DNA of 64,000 nucleotides. Source: a virus. Its lineage: Duplodnaviria; Heunggongvirae; Uroviricota; Caudoviricetes. Location: the IMG/VR virus record IMGVR_UViG_3300029861_000002; one strand, 5' to 3'. Positions 9,988 through 20,384 of this stretch are shown in pieces (position 1 is the stretch's first letter; each line of letters begins with the position of its first letter). Made by a program: the position numbers and the translations under genes. The notes beneath the pieces were generated by a model that ran no database searches, had not been told where the DNA came from, and worked only from the letters and a program-made list of their open reading frames with translations.

Positions 9988-11754
9988 TTGCCTAAATGTA
10001 TTTTAGCTGAGTAGGGTGGAAAAGGTGGAGGCTCTCTTTCTCTTGTAAAAATTGAAGTAACCACCCCCCCTACTAAAACGAGCTATCTTGCTGGTGACAC
10101 ATTTAATCCTGCTGGAATGGTAGTTACCGCATCTTACGGCATGGATGGTGTTATTGTAACAACAGCAGAAGTAACTGGATATCAAGTTACTCCAAGTCCT
10201 TTAACAGACGGAGTTATTGAAGTAACTATTACTTATTCAGAACTCGGTGAAACTTGTCAAACTACCTAGAAGGTAACCGTTATTCATAAACTTCTTAGTA
10301 TTTAGGTTACTACTAACCCAACTAAGATGACCTATGAATATGGTGACACCCTTCAAACAACAGGAATGGTAGTTACAGCGAATTACTCTGATAGTAAAAG
10401 CGCGGCTGTCACAGGTTATACGTGCTCACCAACATCCTTAACTGCGGTTGGCACCTAGAAAATTACTGTTTCTTACACAGAAAATGGAGTAACTCAGTCT
10501 GCTTCTTTCAATGTTACTGTTGAAAGAAAATCGGTGCCGAAACCAACATGGAAGAATAATCTTACCTATACTGGTAGTAGCCAATCAGTAAGTGGTGCTT
10601 CCTATTGGAATAACTTTAATACCACTTATATGACGATTGGCGGGACAACTTCCGCGACTAACGCTGGAACCTATACTGCTACTTTCACACTAAATAGTAA
10701 TTATAGATGGGCCGATGGAACTACATCAAATCTTGATGTAAACTGGACTATCAATAAAGCTGCTGGGACTTTAACAGTAAGTCCAACTTCTGTAGCTCTT
10801 GATGGAGATAACTATAGTGCAGGCGTAAAAGTTACTATTACCCGTCCTGGAGATGGAGCTATTAGTTATAGCCCAACTAGCGTTTCTGGCTTAACTTTAT
10901 CTTTAAGTGGGAACGTTCTTACAATTAAAGGCGACGGTAGTACAGCTATTTCTTCTACAACTATTACTATCAAGGTTGCAGCAGGAACTAACTATACGGC
11001 TCCAAGTAATAAAACTGTTACAGTAACAGCTAGCTATTGGGAGTGGGGATCTGAAACTGCTGTTGGTGATGCTAAATGGTGGGCTGGATTAAAAACATGG
11101 GCCGCTAAGGCATCATCTGGAGAGCGACAAAATTGCGTAGGTAAGACTAAAAGAGTAAGTTTATCATCTTCTGTTTTAGGTGGTAATCAAGTATTAATGA
11201 GATGCGTTGGCGCAGATTAGGATGGAACAGGAACTTTAGCTTTTAATGCTGTCTCCGCTCTTCCTAATTTTACAGATTTTGGTAGCAATGCAGTATGGAT
11301 TGGATCAACTGCTAGAGATCTATGTCAAGATTTCTATAACCACTGTAGCGCGAAAGATTCTATTAAGACAGTAAAGAAGGGTACTTGTCCTAGTACAAAT
11401 AGCTCTAGAAATGGTTCTGTAACCTATAATGATGAAACAGTATTCTTATTATCCGAAAGAGAATACGGATTAGATTCTTACTCTCCTATCTCCACTTCAA
11501 ACAGTACTACCTCTAAAGCAGAGTGTACTCAAGGTTATAATGCTGCGTATAGTTACTACACAAGCAACTCTAGAAGGGTTATGTACTTAGGAGATGCAAA
11601 CGGTAATCCAACTAGCTCATATGCGTATCAATGGGAGAGGTCCCGTTACTACAACAGCTCGAGCGGCGTTTGCTTTGTCGGCCACGATGGATCTGCGACC
11701 GACTACTACTACGGCTACAGCCGCGGGCTCGCGCCGGCTTTCGTTATCGGATAA
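9988..11754 (+). CDS. DGR target: Ig-like-repeat tail fibre/adhesin with C-terminal variable (CLec/DUF6273-like) domain, 588 aa
   Basis: TTG start after AAGGAGGT; two Ig-like repeats (PTKTSY.AGD.F.P.GMVVTA.Y); VFLLSEREY...WERS...GLAPAFVIG C-terminus containing the VR; 5 TAG=Q. Confidence 0.9.
11639..11737 (+). repeat. DGR variable repeat (VR)
   Basis: 99-bp ungapped match to the TR with 15 mismatches, all at TR adenines. Confidence 0.97.
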
Positions 11755-11774
11755 CACAATAAAATAACAATTCG

Positions 11775-11814
11775 GGACAGTTAAGATTAAATTGTCCAAC
11801 TAAAATTTTATATA
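11775..11814 (+). promoter_or_regulatory. Putative phage late promoter motif, copy 7 (avd-TR-RT)
   Basis: GGACAG-N25-TTTTATATA; overlaps an imperfect GGACA...TGTCC hairpin downstream of the VR. Confidence 0.6.
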
Positions 11815-11835
11815 TTCAAGTGAGGGAGATTTTAA

Positions 11836-12330
11836 ATGTCTGTAAAAGTAAAAGATAGACACATATCAAAGCAAGATTGTCTTTATAAAGCACGCGACTT
11901 AATGGGATATATTTTAGTCTTAACTCGTCCTAGAGAATATGATAAGGATGGAAAACAAATTTGTAAGCCTGGACTGCTTGGAGAGGGTCAACCTCTTCAA
12001 GCGTTCGGGTACGATATAATTAAGTGCGGAAAGGGCTTACATGCTTGCTGTTATGAGGCATGTAAGATAAACTTGAAAGACAAAGAAACCCTTGCAAAGA
12101 GAAATGACTATCATAATAAAGCACTAGAATATTGTGATAGTATATTTCGACAAATCGACCTATGTATTTATTAGTATGCTCAGAACAGCAAAAAGAAAAG
12201 ACGCTCTTTTGAACATCTAGCTAGATTGACAAAGAGAGTAAAAGAGTCAATCCAAGATAGAAAAAATAGAGATAAACTTATAACAGAGCATAGATATTCA
12301 GCTCCTAAGAGATATAGGAGAGGTCGATAA
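11836..12330 (+). CDS. avd: DGR accessory variability determinant (Avd-like), 164 aa
   Basis: Basic helical protein between VR and TR; extended through the TAG at 12172-12174. Confidence 0.75.
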
Positions 12331-12361
12331 TATTTTTCTACGGTTAAGTTCTGTATCTTTC

Positions 12362-12460
12362 GGTCCCGTAACTACAACAACTCGAACAACGTTTGCTTTG
12401 TCGGCAACGATGGATCTGCGAACAACAACAACTACAACAACAGCAACGGGCTCGCGCCGG
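12362..12460 (+). repeat. DGR template repeat (TR)
   Basis: AAC-rich copy of the VR (13 AAC codons) between avd and RT. Confidence 0.97.
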
Positions 12461-12771
12461 ATTAGATGGAGCTATCATGTTGCGAGTTAAGCTGCGGAGC
12501 AGCGCAAACGAGCAACGCCTAAATAGTACCCCGGAGTATATTATTATCCATCTAATTAAGGTTTACTCTGGATTGCACTCACTTTATGTGGGGAAGAGAT
12601 TGAGAGACCATTAAAGAGCTTTGCTCTACAACTATCGAATAATATACTATAGGTAGATCTGCCTTTTCATCTAAGGAGAACTTAACCATTTCACTGAAAA
12701 AGTGGATAAAGTAAGACTGTAGACGTGGAGCTCGAGTAGCTACCACTATAGCTACATGATAAGGAGAAAGT

Positions 12772-13989
12772 ATGTCTGAAATAAAACAAGATACTGCTTT
12801 CGAGCGTTTTTGTAGTTTTGATGCTATGTATGAGGCGTCTTATAAGGTATGTCGAAACGTTCGATGGAAAGATAGTACAATTAATTTTGAAGAGAATAGG
12901 ATAGAAACAATTTTAAAAACAGAAGCTGACCTGCGAGCGTGTGAATACGAACAGCTTGTGTTTAGTTGTTTTTCGATAATCGAACGAGGCAAACCAAGAG
13001 ATATAAGAGCGTGTCATATCAACGACAGACTGGTACAAAATGCGTTATGTGAACAAGTTTTGCTACCAGAATTAACTCCTAGATTTATCTATGATAATTG
13101 TGCAACCCTAAAAGGAAAGGGAATAGACTTCGCTCTGGAAAGAGTTAAGAAACATCTCCAATAGGCTCATAAAGAGTATGGGTTAGGAAAAGATTTTTAT
13201 GGATTAAGAATTGATATACAGAAATATTTTGATTCTATTGACCATGAATCTTTAAAGAAAGCAGCTAAACGGCTAATAAAAGATAAACTTGTTTATTAGT
13301 TATGTTGTTACTTGATAGATACATTTTCTTTTAAGCTAACAAAAGACACTTCGCCTATACCCGGTAAAATATATTACACAAGTAAGCGACACAAGTATGA
13401 AAGAGTTAATGTTACTCATTTCTAGCCTGGTCGTAAGTATTATGAATATGAAAGAAAGAGCCTGGGATTAGGAAGTCAAACGTCACAATTATTCGCATTG
13501 CTAGCATTGAACGAAATTGACCACTTCATAAAAGAAGAGTTACATATTAAGTATTATGGTCGTTATATGGATGATTTATACTTGCTCCATAATGACAGTA
13601 AATACTTGGCCGAATGCGAGAAACAAATAGAAATTCGCTTAAATAAACAAGGATTAAAGATGAATAAGAAGAAAACTACTATCACTAGAATTTCTCCTAT
13701 TCACGCAGATGGCGAACGCCACGCTCCTTTTAAATATTTAAAGTGGAATTTTCATCTCACAGAAACTAATCATATAATACAACTTCCTTTCAAGAAAAAA
13801 GTAGCTCATCAGCGCAGAAAACTAAAGAAAATGTAGGCTTTATGGTTAGATAATAAAATTTCAACTGAAGAAGTTTAGAAATCTTATTAGGGCTGAAGGG
13901 CGCATATTTCTAAAGGAACTTGCTTTTATATAATTCAGGACATGGACAATTATTTTCGTTCATTATTCAAAGGAGTTGAAATAAAGTAA
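12772..13989 (+). CDS. DGR reverse transcriptase; in-frame TGA at 13894-13896 shortens it
   Basis: With TAG=Q: GKPRDI, DRLVQNA, GKGID, DIQKYFDSIDH, LGLGSQTSQ, RYMDD. The frame stays open after the TGA up to TAA 13987-13989, which overlaps the next ATG. Confidence 0.92.
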
Positions 13990-14651
13990 TGTATATTCTA
14001 TTAAATAGAGAGAATATAGTAGTTGATATTCTTTCAGAAGCACGTTACATTAAACTGCAATCCTCAAATGGTATTGTCGTTGCCTGCGAGGAAGAAGAGG
14101 GAACTGGGGTTATCGGCTCAGATAGTGATACTCATTACACTCTAGTCAAAGCCGATGTATTAAATCAACCTAATGCTGTTACAGTATTAGAGTTGGAAAC
14201 AATTCCATCAAACGTCATTCCTAACTATTCAAAGTATAATCAAGAAGATGGTACTTTCATCGCTGATTTAGATTAGGCAAAATATGATAAACAAGAGGAA
14301 AACAAGAAACTATTCGCAGAGTATCTTGCTACCCACCCGTTAACTTGGGTCGATGGAAAAGAATATGGAATTACGTAGGAGGACCAATCTGAGATTAGCT
14401 TAAATCTCAATCAATTCTAGGTGGCTGTAGCTGCTGAAGTAGAAAATCCTACGCTTGAGTGGCACGCTCGACACGAAGAGTGTGTACCATGGACTTTAGA
14501 GCAATTATCCGCTCTAAGTTTAGCTATTTCTAATGCGGTATATCCAAAATACCACTTAATGCAAGAATATAAAACCTAGATATTTGGAGCTAATTCAATA
14601 GATGAATTAAAAGCTATTGAATTGAGTTATGAAGACACAGACAGCGAATAA
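13989..14651 (+). CDS. Tail-fibre-associated protein (DUF4376-like C-terminus)
   Basis: With TAG=Q: 220 aa ending ...WTLEQLSALS...QIFGANSIDELKAIEL. Confidence 0.65.
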
Positions 14652-15087
14652 AAATATAATTCTATTCGTAGTAGGAGGAACTCTATATTACAGTATAGAG
14701 TTCCTCTATAAAACTTTTATTAGCCTTGGAGTTTGTCATTGGTCTATGTTTTTGCTAGGTGGCTTATGCTTTCTATTAATTGGACTAATGAATGAGAATA
14801 TTCTTTGGGAAGAATCTATCTTAACTCAAGGAGTAAAAGGATCTTTAATTATAACTGCTTTAGAATTAATTTTTGGATTAGTTTTAAATATAAGACTAGG
14901 TTTAGGTATTTGGGATTATTCTAACATTCCACTTAACTTTATGGGGCAGATTTGCTTGCCCTTCTCTATTGCATGGTTCTTCTTGAGCCTTTTAGCAATA
15001 GTGTTAGATGATTACCTTAGATGGAAATGGTTTGGAGAAGAAAAACCGCATTATCACTTATACAGTAGACCTCCTTGCGAGGAATAA
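14629..15087 (+). CDS. Membrane protein, putative ABC-permease-like (CmpB/DUF1113) family
   Basis: Four TM segments; HWSMFLLGG and IWDYSNIPLNFMGQICLPFS motifs. Confidence 0.75.
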   Translation: MKTQTANKNIILFVVGGTLYYSIEFLYKTFISLGVCHWSMFLLGGLCFLLIGLMNENILWEESILTQGVKGSLIITALELIFGLVLNIRLGLGIWDYSNIPLNFMGQICLPFSIAWFFLSLLAIVLDDYLRWKWFGEEKPHYHLYSRPPCEE

Positions 15088-15133
15088 AAAAATAGGGAGA
15101 ACCTTAATTAAAAGGTTCTCCCTATTTTTTTTT
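15087..15133. terminator. Bidirectional intrinsic terminator
   Basis: A-tract-TAGGGAGAACCTT...AAGGTTCTCCCTA-T-tract between convergent operons. Confidence 0.85.
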
Positions 15134-15914
15134 ATTTTACATCAATAATAACAATAGCAATATCGCTTTCTGGTTTATCTTTTGTGTAGAAAGTGATTCC
15201 AGATCCTACAGTTGCATCAGCATGATCAATTTTACTATATTCCTCTAAATTAGAAGTATAAGTAATGATAGGTGGCACATTTCCCGCTTTTCCGCAAGTT
15301 AAAGCAGTATTAGAGTATGTCTATGTATACATATCTCCGTTCAATACCCATGATGCCGCGGCAAGAGTGGTTGTATAAGCTACAGATGTGCTACCAGTAA
15401 TTTGGTTATCTGTTTCTGACTTGCTATATACATCCAAATTAGTTCTGGCTCGCGCGGCTGTCGTGCCTCCAGTTCCTCCAACCTAGATTGGAAGTGTACC
15501 AAATGTAGGTGCACCCGCAGTAATCGCGTATAAAGCACCAGCACCTTGTAAACCAGCCACACCATTTTCCGCATTTCCGATTACTAAACTGCCGGCTGCA
15601 ATTTCAATCATTTTTAATGCTTCTGTTCCATTTCCTACTAGCAAAGCATTAACAGTTAATGTATCATGTCCAGTTCCACCCTACGCTACAGTAGCAGTCA
15701 TATTTTTAAGAAAAATGTCGTCAATATCAATTTCAGTAACATTATTCTTTAAAACTTGAGCAGCATAGGCATTGACCTGTAGACGTCCGCCCTCTATATT
15801 ACTTACATCAATAAATAAATTTCCTGTGTCCTCGCAGAAATAGGCGTATCCTTCATGAAGAGGTACATCATTAAGATCCTCTTCTGCGCCTTTAAAAATC
15901 TTAAATAAAGCCAT
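15132..15914 (-). CDS. Tail fibre proximal/adaptor protein
   Basis: With TAG=Q: 260 aa; VAQGGTG and LPIQVGGTGGTTAARARTNL fibre motifs. Confidence 0.8.
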
Positions 15915-15947
15915 TTTAGGCCCTCCTTTATACTCTCTAAATATAAA

Positions 15948-17858
15948 TTAAGGTATTAAATCACTAAAACTTCCCCAAGATAGTAATTCTTCAATCTATG
16001 TTGCAGAATATGTCTATCTATCCTTATTTGTAATAGTTCCACCTATTAAGCTATTAATATAGTGAATACTGTAAGTTTTATTTGTTACTTCTCCACCATC
16101 TTCACTATTATAACTATTATCAATAAGGTTAGAAATACCGCCAGTTAGCTAGACTCTTCCCCACACTCCATCTGCGGCTTTATAATACCAGTAAGAAGTT
16201 TCTTGGTTAGTTTCATATTCTACCCACGTAATAGAGAAAATATCCTACGCGCTAATTTCTCCATCATAGTTTTCTTCAATATAATCTACACCATTCTATA
16301 AAGAATCTTTTAGCGTGTCTGTCTCATTTATTGTGTAGCTCTTAACGATATTAAGAGCCTCGCCAACAGGGCCTTTTAAATTGCCGGAATTTTTCTCCCA
16401 TATACCAGAAGAATTTAATTCATATATATCTCCGGTTTCTGTATTTAAATATAAATCTCCAGCTTTCGCACCCTCAATAACAGTAGATGTTGTTGAATCA
16501 GAAATCTAAGTTCCAGAGTATAATTTTGATCCTCTAGGAATCTTAAAATCAATATTTATAGTGTCATCTGCTGTAATTTCATTGGATACAGAGCCAGTTT
16601 CGTCAATTCCAACAAAAGCAAATGAAGTAGTGTATTTAACCGCGGATGGCAGCCCAAAAACTAGCTTCCAGGCAGTTTGTTCTTCGTTAGTAAACTCCCT
16701 TGTAACCGTAGGAATTGTCGGCTCAAACTCAGAACCTTTATCTGTATATGGCTTTAATTCTGTAACTTCTATAGTAGGAAGAGGAGACTAAATACAAGCT
16801 ATATACTAAAAAGTACAAGTGGTTCCAGTTTTATTGATTACTTTATAAATAAAACCGGTTGGTGCATTAATGTAATAATCACCAACATTATAATCCACAA
16901 AAGAATCATTAGTTTCTTCGTAAGTTCCTTCTGTTCTCTCGCCTAGTAACTCGCCATAGTAAAATTTAACCGCTTCTGGTAAACTAAATTTCAATACTGG
17001 CGCATTAATATTCGAATCATCCATTACTACAGATGGATTCTCCTCGGGTCCCACTACCGTAGTTTCTGGATCTCCCATCACCTAACTTTGAGGCAAGAAG
17101 AAATTAATAATTGGATTGTTTATATCATCAAAATTTATTTCAAATCTAGGTTTTTCATTAGCATCTAAAGTTGTAGTAATACCTTCCTATAATGACTAAG
17201 ATACAGGTAGATAAAACTTAATTGCCGGTTTGTTGATAGAATAATCTCCTGAAACTTCTAAAGATACTCTTGGATTTTCACCTACATCTAATAATTCTAC
17301 TAATGCAGTATTAATTACCTAAGATTGCGGTAAGGACAACTTTAAGCTAGGATTATTTATATCGGTCGTGTCTAAAGACGCTTCTGGAAGTTCATTACAA
17401 TCCAGAATAGTAGTCTCTCCTAACTAGATATTCTAACTCTATGGTAACTGAAAAGTAAGCCAAAGTCTATCTAGATCGGTATTATCCCAAACCACGTTTG
17501 GATCTTCATCTGCATCCAAGACTTCTGTGTCATTTAAGCTAATTCTTGGTGTATTACCAGTCATGGAAGCTATCATCTTATAGTATAGGCCGCCCGCAGA
17601 TCCGCTTCCATCTTTATCATTATAACATTTTTGCCAAAGAGTAGAGTTATAGCTTTTCCCATAATTCTATAAATCTTCATTCTTATAAATATCATAGTTT
17701 GTATCGCTTGGCAAACCATATGATACAACAACGAGATCACCTGGGAAGATAGAAGATGTCCAACCCTTTGATAAATCTCTATCCATCTAATATTTGCTAG
17801 TAAAGATTTCCTTAATATCAAAATCTCTACCTTTAGGTCCTCCATAGAAACTTTCCAT
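15948..17858 (-). CDS. Tail/baseplate structural protein with internal repeats
   Basis: With TAG=Q: 636 aa; tandem P.L.F.LP..Q repeats; includes track ORF 16806-17081 in frame. Confidence 0.7.
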
Positions 17859-17872
17859 AGTTTGACACCTCC

Positions 17873-18463
17873 TTATACATAGATAAAATCAATAATAACA
17901 TTATACAAATCCTAATAGTTCTCTGGAGCATCAATATTATCAGGATTGGGTAACACATATATACCGTTTACACCCTAATTATACAAACTTAATGCTGTCT
18001 AATAAGCCTCTATATAGGTAGTCTAAATATTATTATATGAATCCCAGTAAGCTCTATATCCCTCTGGATCTGTATCCGGGTCTGGCATAACTGGATTTTC
18101 TTTATAAAATTGTTCCAAATCGTCTGCTCGTTTTTTATCCGCAGCCTACATTCCTTCAGTTCCCTACTCAATCGCCTACTAGGAGGCTTCTTCATCTTTT
18201 TCATACTTTCTAGGTCTAATAAAATACATATTAGTAATAGCTATGTCATCATCTAGTTCATATATTCCAGTTCTACCAACCATAATAGTCTTTGATTCAT
18301 TCATAACTATTTTTGTGCCGGCAGGAGCCTATACCCCAACTTTATTAAATTGAGAGGCTCCTACCTAGGCAATAATATCACTAAATATATTCTACCCACT
18401 AGAGACGTAGCTACCACTGTTATTATCTATTACATTATAATATACTTGACCAACAGTTGGCAT
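17873..18463 (-). CDS. Putative structural protein
   Basis: With TAG=Q: 196 aa; RBS present; sits inside the tail operon. Confidence 0.65.
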
Positions 18464-18479
18464 TATCTCCTACTCCTCC

Positions 18480-20384
18480 TTATACTCTCGTTAATACTTC
18501 CGTTGCAGTAATGCTCATAGTTCCATTATAAGCAAGAGGCAAAGTAAACTGAGTTATCTAGTAATTTCCACTAATGCCGCTATCTTTATCTTCAATATAG
18601 AGAATATTATTTGGCTCCATATAATACTTTGGTAAGCAAGTAATAGATATGGTTGTATTATAATTTAAATTCTAATACAACATTTCTCTAATCTTATCAA
18701 AACAACTCGCATTAGTAGAGCTTATTGAAAATAAATCATAGTATTCAGAAGTAAGAACAAAAAATCTCTAACCTATCCCTCGATATTCTGCTATCAAGTC
18801 CTAATCAAGTCCTTCAATAAAAATAATATCAGGGGCTTCCATATTATATACGGAAGTTATATCAGAACCATTAACCACTTTAGTCCTTCTGCCTATTTCA
18901 TTTATTGAATATTTTCCCATCTCTGAACCCGTATCTATAAAATCTAACCAATAGTTCAAATTTTCTGGATTGTTAAAAACATCAGGGTTCCAATGATCGT
19001 ATTCATCCCATTTCTCATTCAATGGATCATATAAATTACGCCATTCCGCGATTAATTCGGAATCATAGTAGTTATCATATACGCTATTAGTTACCTGCGC
19101 ATTTAATGCTCTACGGTACAGCTCTTCTCGCCACTCATCACATGGAGACCCGATTAATTTTGTTTCATATCCAGATACAGAGTAATCACTAGCTATATTA
19201 TTAAAATCATATCTTACTATTAGTCCAGTTTCTTTATCACTAATAGCCCACATATAATACCCAGCCAAATCTATAATAGGTTTGGTATCAATAGCTAAAT
19301 GGTATCTAATGCCCACTTCTACATCAGATGTAGTTTTTCTTTTACCCCAAACATAAAAATCATTTTTAATATTATCAAACTTTGGACTGCGGGTTATCGC
19401 AGTCGTGGTATCAAGCTCGGTTAAAGAATATAAGAATTTAGCATTATTATAACTCTTTACATAGTTTGCTGGCGTAAGTTCAGTTAAAGGGCTTCCAGTA
19501 TTAAGATAGTTCTTTATCTCCTAAAAGATAAAACGACCGTTTATATCATAGAAATATTCAAAATTTCCAAGAACATCCACTATCTTATCTAGTAATGCAG
19601 TTACAGTATCACCAGCATCTAAAATCAATTCACCGGGATATGTAAATTCTGTTTCTTTATATCCAGCATCCTATCCATAGCTTACCATATGCGGGAAGTC
19701 TGAGCTGGGAGAGAAATCCATACTCTCATAATTATTACTAAAATATACTGGTTTGTCACCAATATACTTAACCAACATTTTACAGGTTTCCTCTATATCT
19801 GTAATAATTATATTCTCTATAGCTTCCCCTCCCCAGTGGTTTACCGCTTCATATATAATCTGGAATATGGTCGGATATACAATCTCTATATCTCCATCAT
19901 TCTTCTATATGTAACTTTCATGGAGGGTAATAGAACCTGGAAAGGTACCTCCCGCAGTTCCATCTAATAAACACATCTTATCTTTTCCATTTATAGAAAT
20001 TGTCCATCCAGAAGTCGATCTTGCTATTGATGCATTAGACAAGACAAATAGTCCGCAAGGAAACCAAATTATATCTCCATAACTAGAATAAGATCTTAAG
20101 GGGTTATTATATCCAACAAACACTTTAACCTTTTTGTTTATCGAAATCTCGTTATCTATATTCTCTATATCGCTATTATTTCCATCGGCTAGCATAGTTA
20201 AACTAATTGTTCTGCGCACTGAAGATGAACCATTAACACTTAAACTTCCTGCTGTTATGCGACCTTGTATCTCTCTAATAGGTTTTTCATCGAAAGAAAG
20301 CAAAATAATTTTCGCATAATGGGTTTTAATGTTTAACTTATCAAGGGCAGTAAGAAATTCCATATCGTTTAAATAATCAAACAT
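18480..20384 (-). CDS. Tail/baseplate hub-like protein
   Basis: With TAG=Q: 634 aa; GSLSVNGSSSVRRTISL...GKDKMCLLDG; track ORFs 19905-20384 and 18801-19316 are in frame. Confidence 0.75.

Larger units (their letters stand above)
9988..13989 (+). mobile_element. Diversity-generating retroelement cassette (target-VR, avd, TR, RT)
   Basis: Canonical gene order and adenine-specific TR/VR divergence. Confidence 0.95.

Noticed and set aside
12393..12614. 73-aa poly-Gln ORF or AAC microsatellite
   Set aside because: It is an off-frame reading of the AAC-rich template repeat.
13894..13896. Genome-wide TGA=Trp recoding
   Set aside because: Elsewhere TGA is a normal stop (nrdG, terminase, several ATGA overlaps) and Trp is TGG. 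This is the only such case seen.
12772..13989. RT as a group II intron, retron or Abi RT
   Set aside because: The adjacent TR/VR pair with adenine-only mismatches and the avd-like gene identify a DGR.
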